Shown piece by piece: positions 1 through 15,223 of a stretch of DNA of 64,000 nucleotides. Below the pieces are notes generated by a model that saw nothing but the letters and a program-made list of their open reading frames with translations, ran no database searches and was not told the DNA's origin. The position numbers and the translations under genes were made by a program. Within the stretch, counting starts at the first letter, position 1; each line of letters begins with the position of its first letter. The DNA is from Tubulanus polymorphus (lineage: Eukaryota; Animalia; Nemertea). The stretch is taken from NCBI RefSeq assembly GCF_964204645.1, contig NC_134026.1, forward strand, positions 22,168,150-22,232,149, given 5' to 3'.

Positions 1-58
1 AAAAGGTGGCATAATGATGTGGTATTAAGAAATAGAAAAAATGTCTTCATTTTGACAG

Positions 59-3000
59 TGGACAGGTTTGGGATAGCTTCCTCAATGAGAATTTACTAAA
101 GTGCATTGGTACAGAGTTAAAGAAAGAGAATGTTTATGCTGCTTTAACCATCTGGAAACGGCATCAGGTATTTCGAAAAAGAATGTAGAAATTTCTGTAA
201 AAAGTCCTACAATTGAGAATTCATATCTATGTTTAGGTTCATTTCTCACAATGCTCAGGACATTAAGACTTATTAACAACACATGTTGTGGTACCAATAA
301 TTTTCGTCACAAATGAATGCAGTCCCAAAATTTTGATTCAAAACTCTTTGTTTGTGTTTGGTGCAGGCTGCATCCATCATCAAGTAACCGTGAATTCTTT
401 GCATTGGTTTACCCATGTTCTTCATGTTCTTCATTTAGGGCGAATTCAAATCGCATTTGAATCCAGCGATCATCAAAGAAATCATGGTGCTCATACCGAG
501 CGAAATTCAAGGCTCTGATATACAAACATGGTTGGAAGAAGATCTGATTCCTATGGTTATGTGCAATTGGCCGGATGTACTGCCGACTATAGCTGAATTC
601 ATTGAACAAAAGACTAGACGGATGGAGAACATGGTATTTTTCTACAAATTAATTCTTAACTCTAAACCTTGTCTCTGTATTACGGTTGACCTGATTTTGT
701 ACTTGTTTATGATTGAAAGGAAAATTGGCCGCAAAGTGGAATTACATTTGCCGGTTGCTATAATTGTGGCTGTGCAATAGCAGCAGAGAACGGAGCCATC
801 TGGGAACCAGTGGATCTGAACACTCAGGTACGAATATATACAACATCAAAAACGCTTCATAATTTGATGGTTTATTCTACTGAATATTAGATTCTGTTTT
901 TGCGTTCTTTTTAGATACAAACAGCTACGCATAAGTCTATTGCCAACTTGCAGATACTAATAAACGACTTGAACAAGATTCGTGAATTGGACTCGAAATA
1001 CGGTTGTAAACTGACGCTGGCTCAATATTCTGCAGTAGGTTAATTTTGCGTCAAAATTCATTCAATAAATTTTCCTCGGTCGAATTCTTCGTAGAAACAT
1101 CAAATTTGGGGGAAATGTTCTCGTTACAGGAAACAGTCGAGTCATTGGCTTACCGTATGCTGCAAGTGCACAGTCATGGAGAAATCAAATCGAAAATCGA
1201 GACCGTGATCAAACCGTACGCTATAGAATATAAATTACCACTGAGCAAATTGCTTTACAATACTGTATTGGTGCGTTCATTACCAACTTGATAATTTCGA
1301 TCATATTCAGACGCTGAGCTAGGTTCATAATGTTTTTTACATCTTTGTTTTTGCAGGATAGTTTGAAAATGAGGAAATCTCGACATATCGGTGGTCAGTC
1401 GGTTTTAAGCAGACGGGCTTTGGCCATAATAGAATGCATCGAAAATACCGAGGTACAAATCCATTTTCATAGAAATGTCATAATCAATGAAGTATCAATG
1501 AAATTGAATATTCCTGTTAAATGTTGAACACATATAAATCATTTATGAGGTTGATATCTTCTAGTACAAATGTTTGGCCATTCTCGAGGTAATGAAGTTG
1601 GCGGCCATGCCATGGGACCCCGATATCGATAGACTCATCACGCTTGGATTGTCTCTAGCTCATCCGAAGTAAGTCATAGACCACCACTGTTTTCACATGG
1701 TATTTGCCGGTACCCCAAAAACTGTTCGTTATATATTTGTTATATATATATATTCATATATATATATATATATATATATTCCTAGATTTTACAATACATT
1801 GGTTTTTATTTTTCAGGGTTGAAGATATAAGGCGACAATGTCAGTTCGCAGAGTTGAAATTGCTTTTGAGAAAGTACGAAGTCAGTGAGGAAATTTATTC
1901 CGACTCTGCAGCTGAGGTATTTTTTAATCACCGAAAATGTTCATCTTTTGAGTGATGCAAATTGTCATATATATTTGTTTTTAGCCCACTTGGGACTTTA
2001 GTCCCAGCGGGCTATTGCGTTCACTTTTCGGAACTGGCCCAAGACTTTTACTGGTACTGGTCACTGTTTTCAATAATCAAGTTCTTTTGATCTTTATGCG
2101 TTTTTCAGAGGTTACTGTATTTTCTGCTGAAACACGATCGTCCCACATCTGTTTCCGATGCGATGGAAGTCGTGAAAGTCTACAGCAATCTCACGCCAAA
2201 CATGGTCTACATGTTCCGTCTCAGATTTCTCATCAGGCAAAACCGGGTATGCTGACTGATCTCTGAAATAGATAATGAGATCACGACATGAAAAAGAGTT
2301 AGGAGAATTAAGACTTTTTGCAGCCAGTTTTTCATTATTGAACGCAGTCCTGTGTATTTTTCAGATTTCTGAATGTATGGAACTTTTGAAGTCAATGTCA
2401 TTTGATGATGCTGTTATGTGCAGTACACGAATTGGAATCTATACCAGTCAGCTCCTACGCGAACCATTCCAGTTTTCTATTCAGGTGAGCTCTCAGTTTT
2501 ACGTGCATTTTGATTTCAGGGCATCGTTTAGGTATATTTCTCACATTGCTGATCCGTTTTAGGAGGAAAAGCAAGAGTACACAAATTTCACTGCTGCTAG
2601 CGTTAGCATGTTATCATACATACTGTTATCCCTTGAAAAAAGTGAGTAATCAACAATTTCTTTGAGACGCTCTGGTCGTTGATATTCACATATAATTGTT
2701 TCTTATTCATTTCTAGATATACCTCGCTATGATGAGCTGAATGATCTTCTACAAAATTTTAAGTTCTTGCTATCCCTTCAGGTACTTATAACAAAATGAG
2801 AACGAATTTATTAGCGCCTGCCTTCCCTCTTCCTGCGAACGAAAATTTGTAAACTCTTAAGTACCATTCATGCATACCTCTGTTTTAACGTTAAAACAAT
2901 GAGACGGACCGATCCTTTATTTCGAATCGTGTTCGTATAATACATCGTACGTTATATCTTATCATGTATGTTAGGTTGAATTTGATGAGTTTCCCTCAAT

Positions 3001-6000
3001 TGAAGAATACCAGTCTCCTTCGAAACGAGAAGCTCTCTTGCATAAACATGTTTCGTTATTCTTCATGAACAAACCTGGCGCGAAGGTACCGTGTACTATA
3101 ATCACCTTTGATTTATATATTGCATCGTCGCGTTTTCACTTATTTGTTACTTGTTGAAATCTTCAAATAGGAATTTTCAGCAACAGGAGAACGTAAAGTT
3201 AGAAGAAATCAACAGAAAACAATATGCAAAATTTATAGGTTCGTTTTTACTTTGAATCGCAACGGAACTCACTCCACGGTGGAAGGTTAATGAAAAAGGC
3301 CCCAACTCTTGTTTACGATCGTCTTTTCTTCGACAGATTGGCAGATATTCTGCAGATATCGCGGGATTGGTTCCGTGGCAAACTAGCGATCGAGGCTGCC
3401 AAAACTGGAAACATCAAAAAAGCTGTTGAATTGTGCAGAGATCTGCAGGCCAATACATTGACCGAAGACACTGCTGAGGCTCTATATCGAGTCGTGCACA
3501 TATTATGTGAATTTCTGTCTAACGTAGATGCAGAAATACCGACAAATACGGTTGAAAACCTTCCAGATCTTATGTATGATATGGCAAAACAGGCTGTAAC
3601 GTATTGTTCAACAGGTAGATAATAGATGTTCAATTTTAATTATGTATTTAGATTTTTACCCAGTATTCATTTAGTTTTTACAGAGTAGACACACTAATCT
3701 TATCTGTGTAAATCTTGTATTCATTTTGTAAATAGCGGGTAGTTTTATCATTCATTGGACTCTCTACCAAAAGTACACTAATCTTATGTTAACAGTAACA
3801 GATCTGAGCAATTTTCGTTAACAGTAACATACGGTAATATTTCATCCTTATTTAGATTTGATAGCAGATTGTTTACAGCTTTGTAAAACGTGCAATATGT
3901 TGCTGAGACTAAGTAAGCAGTGTCACTCTGGAGATTTCAATCCAGTTATGCAGGTAAACATCTGTTATAGAACTATAAAGCAAGATTCTAATCCTCGGAC
4001 TAATATTCAAACCTTGATTGAGGCATTCACAATTTTTTGGGGGGTTTCCTATGAATGAATGAGAACGCCACATCGAAAATGGTCCTGGTATAATTACCTA
4101 TCGGTCATTTCAGGAAACAAAATGTACAGAAGAAGGTTTTTCCGTGAATCCATATTCTAGCTGGATGTACGACAATTTCTTCAGTGAAGACGGCCTCATG
4201 TTAGAATCAGCGATTGCGTTGCCTAATATGTGCAAATACACACTTGCTTGTTTACCTCAAACAGGTAGATTTATATTTATATCACTCGACAATCTCATCG
4301 AGGATCGTTTATTTATGTATCGAGGTCTATCTTATAGGAGGTCGAAAGCACGCATTCCTTCAGAACAGAATACAAGGTCAGAAGATGGTTGAATTAGTCG
4401 AGGAAGTGGTGTCCGAGGAAAACATAGTAATACCCGCTGAACCGAAGGTCGTTCAGATGCAACAGATCATTACCAGCATCGTTCCGTATCTGAGACAGCG
4501 AGGCCATAACCAAATAGCGCTGGAGATTATGATGGATGCCATCGGGGCGGCTTTGTGTTATATGGTTATTCAAGACATGAGTGGTCAGGAGGTGAGACGG
4601 TTTCGAGTTTTTGCTGTTTAGACCCGTTAACTTGACAAATACTCTTGAATATTGAAATTGGATTTGAAGCAATGCTAGTTCATTTTCGATTGAGCTCGAA
4701 TGTTGATTTTGAATTATCGTTTGTGGTCATAGATCTCCTCGTTAGAACAAATGGCATATACCTGATGTTTGTTTGGTTTCTGTTTCTCCCCTACAGGGAT
4801 TGAAGAAAATAATGCAATCGTTCGGATCACTAGCCGCCCTTGGTCGATCGGTTATTAATGAAATATTGAAAGGGCTTCTTCCAAAGGTGTGTATTCTGCA
4901 CTGTCAACATAGAGAGGCTTTATAAAACCAGTCTATGAATCAACCTGCGCTATGCTTTTATTTTTCAGATTCTAAAACATCATTTCGTCGATGGAGACTT
5001 AGCTCTAGGATTTCTGTTTTGTCTTCCAAAAGATGTTGTGCACACCAAGTTGTTGGATAAGATCATTAATACTTGCGGCTATAATTACAAGAGAGTTGAG
5101 GTCAGGAATAGAAAATTTGAATATTGGAAATAGTGACATCAGAATCATTTTTCATCGATGAGGGCTCATGTTTGCGACAAAATTCTTTTTTTTTTGTTTT
5201 CAGTGGATTAGTCAAGTTGGTCTAAACTATACAGTGCTTTGTAATGAGATAACCGCAATGGCGACGATTGAGAGTCTTCTTAAGGAAGCCTCATGGGGAA
5301 GCAGGCTTTCTAAGATTAAGGTAGTGTACTAGCTTGCATATCCAATCCAGCTAGAGAGTTAATCCCTAATATACCGGTAGATAGAATGTCACAGTCGAGC
5401 AAAACTTGCTAATAGATTCCACCATGTTTTCGGTCCATATTTGGGCTGGATGTTACGACTTGGCCTACTTTTTTATGATGATATATTTTTTCCCTATATT
5501 GCTATTTTCTATCCAGGTTGATTACCGAGAGGCATTTCGAAAATCTAAGGAACATAAACAGAAGCTTCTTCCTGTATTAGCCAAGAATCAGAATATGACT
5601 GTATCTCTTCTGACTGAGTTTTGCAGGTGAATAATATGAATATTCTTGTTCATTTCTACATTTCAAAACGTTTTTCCTAGATATACCGGTATTATTTCTT
5701 TGCGCTACTTCACAGGGACTTTTGCCTTTCATCTCAAATGGCGTTTTACGATTATCTCGAGTATCTTTTGAAACCACATCTGAATGGTGCCGGTGACGGC
5801 CAAGGACATGTGGATCCTGCTCAAATTAAACGCACTGCTAGTCAAGTCATCGCCATTTTGCATCAAAGAGAACCGAAAAAAATAAAAGAGAAATTGCGGG
5901 AAATTCTGTCCGAGGTAAATGCAAAAAGATTTCAAATTTACAATCAAGTACACAATTTACAGCTTTCTTGAAAAATAATAATTTTTTTGTGCAAATTTTG

Positions 6001-9000
6001 ATTTTAGCTGGACCCCTATGATTATGATATGATCAGATATCTGCTTACTGAGTTCTTCAAAATCGATAATGATCCATTATTAGAGAAGGTATGCAATAAT
6101 GCGGTAACAGCGTGTTGACTAGTGTACACCTTTCTAACTGGAATGTCTTTCAGCATTTTCATTTTCGGCTGATTTCAGGGAATGGAATTGCTTACACTTT
6201 TGGATGCATATAAACGTGTTGCCCCTCCCACTCAGTATGAAATCAGCTACTCGTCTCAAGTTGAAGAAAATGATCAGGTATATAAGTTCGTTTCATAGAA
6301 TCATTTTGCTGCTGATGGTTATTTCGTTATGCATACACGGTAAAAAATGCTATGTCTCTTGCAATTAGGATATATTCCAAATGCGAAGTTTGTCACCGCT
6401 GTCGAAAGAACGTCTGCCCTTCCACCCATTGCTTTGGGGTAAACAGTGGAAAATAATTAGTAAGTATGTTCATAATCAACTAAAGAGATAGAAAATGTGC
6501 TCACATAAAAATTTGGAGGTTGTTTTGATGAATTTGATTTACATTTTAGCCCCCGAACTGCAGGAGGATAATGTGGATCAGTGGATTCCAACTGCGACAT
6601 TGCTTTCCGTAAGTGATATTCTTTCACTCGAAATTCACATCGAAACTGCTTGAGCGATGAATAATGATGAATGAATTTTCATATTAGTTATCCGTCGACC
6701 ACGTTTATATGCTGACCATTAAAAACATCACTCACAAACACATCGAACGACTGAAACTGCAGGGCAAAGTTCTCGAACATGATAAAGCCAAGTGTGATTG
6801 GTCAACGGAGAGCATTAACATTAAGATGTTCGCTAAGATATCGAGTTTACTATCTTCTATGAACAGTTGTGAACTAGCAGTTGTGTGTGCTAGCTGGGTG
6901 GTAAAAGAGCTTCCAATGGGTTTGTATTTTGTAGCAAACGGTCTTCAATATATACACGAAATCAACCGTATAACTTGTAAATGTGATAAATGACTTGAAG
7001 ATTAGCTAATTTCTTGTGCATATTGTATGCAGGAGCTGAAAAGGTACAAGCATTCGGTTCTTGTGTAAAACTGACGAAGTCGTGGAGTCAGATCGCTGAT
7101 GGTGATGAGAAGAAGAAAGCAATGGCGAGTTTTGTTCAATTCTCGCAGGTTTACAAGAAGATTTATGTAGAACAGATTCTCTATTCAAGCAATCTCGGTA
7201 AGAATTCTCATGAAAATAATAGATATTTTCTTATACCGGAGCTATTAAAAATGGTATATATTTAAAGGCATTATATTGCAGATGATCCAGAATTACTTGC
7301 TTTATGTGGAAATCCTAGAAAGTTAATCATCAAACTGTACGAACATGATAGTATCCCAGAAAGAATGGTTTCTGGAGGAATCATCAAACCATACCCAGGT
7401 AATATTTTTATTCAATCGCAAAATACCATCATATTTATATCTTTACAGCTTCCTGAATGCATATATATTTCTCTTTCTATCGACACAAGATATCCACAAA
7501 GCTGTGAAAGAAATTGCAGTCCTGCATGATATTGATGTTCATTCATTGAACGTAGAACTAATCGACAAGTGGCTAGCAGTGAGCAACAATTGTAGCATGA
7601 CCGATGCGGTATGTTTTGGGGCAGGAGTGACCAAACAGGAGGATAATGAAAATAGAATTTGAATTTTTGAAAGTTCTACTAGCCCACGGGTTTTTAGACT
7701 CAAATTCATTACTCTAAAAAGATCTAGGAATAATAGTAATGAAACGTTATGGTTGCTTTTTTAAGACGATGACATTCAATTTCAACATGAACATGGATAT
7801 TACTAATATGGAGGTGTTAAATGAAGATGAGATCAATTTGAAACGTGTTATGTTTATACTGCTTGGTGACGATATTAAGAAAGGCCTTTCGTATCTCTTA
7901 TTATGTTCTATCGTGAGTTTTTCTTATTCTAATTCATAACTTTGCCGGACTTTAAATTATAAATGAAATAGTTTAGTCATAACGTATATCACGTATCTAT
8001 TGTTTTTTCTCGCTGATGGTATTCTCTGCAGAAAAAAGATGTTAGGAAACGCAGCGATACGCTTCGAGGCTGGCGAGTTCTGTTAGCTTTATCAGACGAC
8101 GCTACTCTGGACGAAATGGGCTTCACTAAACAGAAAATTAAGTAAGCTTAAGTAAATCCGAATTATTCTTGACGACATCAGCGTGGCCACTGACCTAAAA
8201 AAAACCTGGAAAACTGGGGGATCAGGAAAAATTCGTGGAAAACTCGGAGAATTCTACAAATTGTACGAATAACCTGGAAAACCCAGGGGATTTGCATAAT
8301 GCTAATGACCACGTGTTTCTTCATCAGTACTTGATTCATTGAAAAATGAATGAATTGTAACACTTTAAACCTAGAAATGTGTCTGATTCACTGAATGTCT
8401 CTGATTGTTTTTGTTCATACAGGGACAGAATAAAGTTAGTAAATTATCTCGTCGAACTCGAGAAACTTCATATAAACCACAGTGAAGAATCGTTCCAGGC
8501 ATGTGACAAAGAGTCTTTAGTTCTGAGCATCTGGAAAAATCACAGTCATGAACAAAGGGTAAAAAAACTTATGTAATTGGATAGAAATTATTTCTAAGAG
8601 GGCTTTAACTGGAAATAACTACAATGAACAAGATTTCATTGATACTCAAACCAAAGTATTCATAAACTGTATAAATCACCTGTATTTAAACCAAGAATCA
8701 ACTACCACCAAGTCTTGATGATAATCAAAGTTAAAAGTACTTTCATTATACAAAATCTCAAAGCTCTTTTCCAAAATAAGGGATACCGCTATATAGATTT
8801 TATTCTTAAAATAGAATAGTTTTTAGCTCTGCTGTTGAACGAAATGTACTGCTATGCATGTATGTTGAGGATGTTTAACAAATCCTAAATTGCTGTTTGC
8901 AGGCTGTGCGTGTCATCACAAATCTGTGTTTGGAATATAGCCTGTATGACGTACAGTTATGGTCCGGTTTGATAAAACAAATGCTCACTTTCTCAATGGT

Positions 9001-11563
9001 AGGTGTTTGTATCCGTAATTGATTTGTACCAATGTTGCACGATACCTCATGCTCACACGATTGCAAAATGATTTTCAACATGATATCAAATTCCTCAGCA
9101 ATTTTCATGGATATTCCAGACTGAGTTCCTTGAATTAACCCTTGTGCAGATAGCTAGTATAAGCGAACTTCTTCTTGTGACTCATCTGAAGCAAGCATGG
9201 ATGATTGTCATCATGACTCCATTCTTATCCGGTACGTTTTCTTCGAGTTACTGTAATCCCGGCATAGTCTACGTGAGGAGAGTAATACCGTGCTGTTTCT
9301 TAAACTATATGAATGGGTAATTTTTTCAGTGCCCAACCTCAATGTATTCAGCTTTGCGACACTGTAAAAAACCTTTTTAAGCTTGTTTATTCTATAACTA
9401 TCAATGTGATAGAACAATTGTTCTATAATGATCACTTGTTTTTTACAGCGGTTCCTCCTCTAAGTGGAGAACAACTACAGCGATGCTTGAACAGTGTTAC
9501 TCTTCTCCAAAGGTTTGTTTCAGTGTTTATTTCAAGCATTCATTGCAGTAACTTTTAACAAAATTTTCCAGATGCCAAAAGCTCAAAACTGACATCATCA
9601 GAAATACTTGGGAGCTCATTCAGCAAGTTACTTTCATTTCGATATTTGAAAGCTGAAGAAAATCCTTGCGGAATGGCTTCTGTATTATCTATTGTCGAGT
9701 TAGTTAGTATGTGTCATTTCAGGTGCCCTGTACTCCATGATTTAGATCTGAGAGCGATTCATCAGAATTTCCTGAAAGCCAATTTGACGCCATGTACATT
9801 TTACTGTCTCATGCTGACAACTAAACAAGAAATCCGTCACAGTCAAATAAAGGTCTGCATCTAGCATATATTCGAAAAGTTATTTGAAAAGTAATTTGAT
9901 AGAATCATTTTCACAACTCAACAATGTCAAAGAATATTTTTGTCTTCATTAGAATTTCTTTGAATCTCGAGGCATAATGGAATTTCTGAAAGATGTCGAC
10001 GAACTTCGAAATAAAGGAGCTTTACCCGGTGTATTAGAACAGGTCAGTATACCAAAATATAAGATTGTATATTCCATTATGACAACTGCAGTTTAATTAA
10101 AACAGGTATTTTTCATCAGCCAATTATGACGCATTTGGCGGCCATCTTGGTGTCACCAGTACTCATTCGTAAGTGGGAAAAAGTTTTTCCACATTATATT
10201 GATACCTAAGCGTATTTTGATACCACAATCAATTAGAAAGTTGTAGCTCATAACGTGTTCTATGATTGTGGTGAGTTTCAAGGTAATTGGATTTTGTATA
10301 TGGCCACCAGGGGGCGTTGAATAATACAATATCTTAGCATTTCTTTATTATATTCGTACCTATGCATATTTTGTAACCACAATCAATTGGAAAGTTGTAG
10401 CTCATGACATCATCTATGATTGTTGCGAGTTTTAAGGACATAAGTTTTTCTATATGGTCACCAGGGGGCGTTGAATAGTAGAATAACTTAGTATTTCCTT
10501 ATTATATTGGTACCTAGGCATATTTTGTTACCATGATCAATTGCAAAGTTGTAGTTCATGACATGTTCTATGATTGTAGTGAGTTTCGAGGTCACCTTGG
10601 GTTTTGAATATGGTCACCAGGGGGCGTTGAATAGTAGAATGACTTAGTATTTCCATATTAAATTGGTAACGAGGCATATTTTGTTATCACAATCAATTAC
10701 AAAATCGTAGCTGTTGACATGTTCTATGATTGTGGTGAGTTTCAAGGTCATTGGTTTTGTAAATGGTCACCAGGGGGCGTTGAATATTGAAATTGTTAGA
10801 TTGTTGAGCATTTGAAACCACTTCACAAGTGGGCATGGTGTCCCTGGACCCCTAATGATATATTGTATTTGATAGGTTATACATGAGGTGTATGAATATA
10901 TCGATATGGGCGAGTTGTATGAGGTCATAATTGATAGCAGCCACCAGCAAACCTTTGTCGCTTATCTACTCGAAAAGGATAGCATCACCAACCTACTGAA
11001 ATTCGGAATTCTCCAGAACAAGTATGTTTATGTTCCTCCATCTGAAATAAGAATTTCTCAATTGTAAATGTAATTAAAATCCACATTTAGTTCCGGGGTA
11101 TCTCTTTTATATCTTTTTTCTCCATTTACACGTAGGATTGAACAAGTAACAGCCATCGTTCAGATATATCATAAGCGATACCCGTACTCGGAATCAGCTG
11201 AGATTTGCAACGAAGATGAGACAGTTAGTCCAATAAAAGTAAGTTTATTGAGATAAATAGCGCATGAATATATTTTGAAGGGAAATATCTACAGTGATAT
11301 GCATTTCAATTTCATTTCCCGATAGACATGTTCATGTATCCCAAAATTCTATTGAATTCTGAAGGATGGATAGGTCCACCTCGTTGATAACCATCGAAAA
11401 CGTGCATCCTCTTCATGTAATTTATTTCTTTTTATCCAACATTATTTGACAGGCCTATCTAGCTGTACACGGAATGCTCGATGAATTGAAGGAATATATT
11501 CCGAGCAGTGATGAGGAAGAGGACATTGTTGATGATGAAGACACGTCAGCTGGCGAAAGATGA
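59..11563 (+). CDS. KNTC1: Kinetochore-associated protein 1 (Rough deal/ROD, RZZ complex), multi-exon, 5' part outside the window
   Basis: Spliced exons such as 59-167 (GQVWDSFLNENLL...IWKRHQ), 439-633 (WLEEDLIP...IEQKTRRMENM) and 720- (ENWPQSG) match ROD as recalled. The C-terminal Rod_C-like motifs DKESLVLSIWKNHSHE / NLCLEYSLYDVQLWSGL / CPVLHDLDL are present. The last exon 11453-11563 ends in TGA, with AATAAA at 11653. Confidence 0.9.
10190..10790. repeat. Intronic tandem array of four ~154-bp units, probably inside a Helentron/HINE-like element
   Basis: TGG(C/T)CACCAGGGGGCGTTGA occurs at 10301, 10455, 10611 and 10764, with shared flanking sequence. The hairpin CCACTT-CAC-AAGTGG lies just downstream (~10818-10832). 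Confidence 0.85.
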
Positions 11564-14500
11564 CAAGAGCAATGAAAAAAATTTGCCTGAAATCTGGAAC
11601 AATTCTGATTATGTAACAGTAACTGCATTTGAAATGATTATATTGTGTGTGCAATAAACATTGCATTTGTTCAATGATTCTTCACTTTCCATTTTGGTTA
11701 ACGTTTCGTTATTTTTTCGTCGGACATGATGCAAAGAATTAGCAGATGACCAAGTCGTGCAAAAACAACAGAGGTCATTGTGATAAGGAAATAGGAAACA
11801 AACTAAAACCCCAAGGCCATTATTTATCCAAGGCCATTAATCTAGTAGAACCAGTCCCATGACTCGCTCTAAGGAAATTTATTAGATAGGATACTTTTTT
11901 GACGCCTTATAAAACGTTACCATTATGAAACCTAAACAATGTTAACCATTCAGCGTCATTTTACAAACGACAGCCGTAAATCGATGTGCAAAACGTCACA
12001 GGTCTATGTGTACACAAATAAGCTATCTGGCATAATATTATTGACATAGATGTAGAATGGCTTCCTTTGATTATATAATGACCTATATTTGAACGTCGAA
12101 ATGTTATATTGCATTGAATATCATAAGAAGACGTATTGTAATAGTAAAGGATGTATGATTATATCAGAAGCGGCAGGCATAAATAGAAATGATAAGTAAA
12201 TCGGATTATTCGGTTAAAGGGCGGATGTATACACGATTTGGAAGTCTGATAAAAAAGTCAGACCCTGACGTGGGCATGCCGGTGGAATGACGAAGCTATC
12301 TACGATGTGTGTAGGGCCGGCGTGAATTTCATCAGCGGCTACAAGCGGTCAATATGAAAATGTGTAAACATATTATTTCAATATTCAAACGTTTTAGAAA
12401 ATATGTTTGATATCAGGAGTATGCAGGTTTCGTGAGATTAGCAATTTATAACAGCATAGCTATCATATACGGCTCCGCGTCCTCTGATGGCATGTGTATT
12501 AGGTGACAACTCAATTCAATTCTTTATTGATCCTTATTACATTGAAATTTCGGGATAAAATTCCCAAATTCAATAAATACAAATTTTAAAATAAATTAAT
12601 ACAACATACATGACACACGGGTAATTCATACAGAACAACATAAGCATGTTATTTTAAATGACAATGTCTACTTCAACCCACCCAGACTCAAGACTCTAGG
12701 ATATCGATAGTCAGTAACCTGTCTGTGGTTTAGTTTCACAATCGGATATTTTCACAAACCACAGTCAGGAATGGGAAGGTCATTTTTGTATGAAATCTTC
12801 GTCAGCCAATTTGACTGACGAGTAATTTGCCTGGCATTTCATTGTCTCTTAAGATATCCGTCTAATTTTTGTTGTAATCGACGCACAACAGATTCGTAGT
12901 TTGTCTGATACCTATAACACCTCACCTGACGATCTTAATCCATGTGCAAATCGGCCGTAAAGTGAGAGTAAATTTCCGTAGAGTCAACAGCTGCCATTTT
13001 GAAAATTACTGGAGGTGCTGGCACCTGTGGACTGAGGCCAGGACAACAGCACAAACTAACAAAGCGAAACGACGAAATTGAAAAATATTAAGAAATCAAC
13101 ACTTATTCACATTTTTCTTTTACCAGAATTTATTATTTAAATATTAATTAAGGAAAACACGAAGATTTGAAATATAGGTTGGAAAACCATCAAAAATAAA
13201 AATTGTCGTTTCGTCTTGGAAGTTTTATATAAATCCTTGTAGGTCCCCTTGTCTTATCATGCCACATGTGCAATACAGAGAAATGGCGGCCAATGGCGAA
13301 ATTTGTGGAGAAATTAATTAATTTCTCAAAATAATGTTGATTAATCACTCGAAACATGCATAAAATTGGATTATTTCGAAAGGTACCTGTGTAAGTTTGT
13401 GAAATAAGCCATTAATTGTGGACTGAAGTGGATAGAAAGTATATTTTTGAAGTGTTACTTTTTTCAACCGTGCTTTGGCCCTTGTCATCCCTAACGTTGG
13501 TATAAGCCCATCCGATTATAAAAGCTTACCACCAACGATTAGGTAACTAACTAGGATATCGAGTGACAGCCAAACCCGTGGCCCGGGCCGGCTGGCTAGG
13601 CCACACGATATGCTCGAAGTCATGATGAAGCAGACATCAGAAGAGCTCGTTCTTCAACCATGGAGGCAATGAAGTTGCAGACCAGCTTAGAGGCATAAGT
13701 AAATGAAGTCGGTCGCAAGTTCGCGATCAATTATTGAGAATTTTCAATAAAAAAATTTAAACCACTACTAGAGTCGAAGACCCGCTGTATCAATCAAATT
13801 TTTTAAAACGTCGATTTCAAATTTGCAATTCCACATGAGCTTAGCCCAGAAATTATACATTTTTTTCGCAGGCGTCAAATAATTTTCTAAAATTAATTTT
13901 CTTGTTTCATATTTCTTCAACACTTTACTGAGAAACTCACCCCGAGTTGACCGGAGTGAGGAGTGAACTATCATTTTCCAAGTACATGTAGACCACGCGA
14001 ATCAAAATATATACGTATTTCTCTCAGATTTACGTCCTGGATCCACCCCAAAACTGGATGAATTGCCAGAATGTCAACCACAGCCTTGAAAGTACTGGCT
14101 TTCTGTCTGGCATTGTGGGAAGAAGAGACTGAGACGCTGGTTTTTACTAACCACGAGTTTCTCGAGCAATAACTTCCCCCCTGGTTGGGTATATGCAGAA
14201 AATTGATTCTAGATTCGTAACAGTGAAAGGGTTGGTTTTTTATCGTTAAATTGACTAATTTAGTAGGCATTGATAGACATACTAAAATTAAGTTCATACT
14301 TTCCCTAATTCGCGACAATTTCATGATTTATGCGTTGATACAAATATAAAACTTTGAAATGATTACGGTGTCTTGTCATCTCTCTGGATTTAGATTCCTG
14401 GTCAATTCTTCAAACGCCCACAAGAATCTTTATTTACGCGTTAGACGCAGTACTGGTGCGCATTCTTAGCATATTACTAGAACCCCTAAAGAAAAAAGAT

Positions 14501-14861
14501 AAAAACCTAACCTAATCTAATTTTGATAGTACACCGGGAACGTGAGGTCTACTGCACTGAGGATTCGACCTCGATTGAAACTCGATACCGACCATTGTAC
14601 ATTTTGATATGCCTGGCGCGGTAATTCCAGTGACGCACTGTTAAAATGGCGTGCTCTCCAACATACAACACGAAAAACCAAAGCCTCACTTCATTCCAAA
14701 TAACCCAGCTTCCCTTTACACTCCAGAAATCAGTATTTCAATTTTTGGTAAGTGTTTATAACATAGGTTAACATGGTGTAAATATATTTCATCTCAGATA
14801 TTGCGGGTAACCTGTCAGGGCGATCCCACGAGAAGCACGTGGTGACAGTCTACTTGAATAG

Positions 14862-15024
14862 GAGAGAAAATCCTCCATTTTGTGAAATTTCTTGGATTTG
14901 AACATTGTCACCATGCCTACGCCACCCTGATTTAGTTGTTGAGACCCCACAAGAAAAATAACTTCATTTCGTAGGCGACAATGTAAAAATTCAAGATATT
15001 TCACAAAATGGAGGATTTTCTCTC
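14862..15024. mobile_element. MITE-like foldback with ~50-bp inverted arms
   Basis: GAGAGAAAATCCTCCATTTTGTGAAAT... starts at 14862 and its reverse complement ends at 15024. Confidence 0.65.
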
Positions 15025-15223
15025 TCATTCAACTGAATTAAAGGAGGCTTTAATAGCAATCCTTCTAATTGGTACAGAACTGGAATATTATCTGATATTC
15101 AGTTGTTGTCCGCGATTTTTGGCATTCTGTTAAGACATAAATGAGGTATGTACCCCAAAAAGTAAGCAAAATATCCCAGAAAAACAGGTCTCATCAATTA
15201 ATAAATAGACATTAGCCAGTCAA

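Noticed and set aside
13768-14324. Minus-strand 68- and 117-aa ORFs
   Set aside because: No recognisable domain or consistent exon structure.
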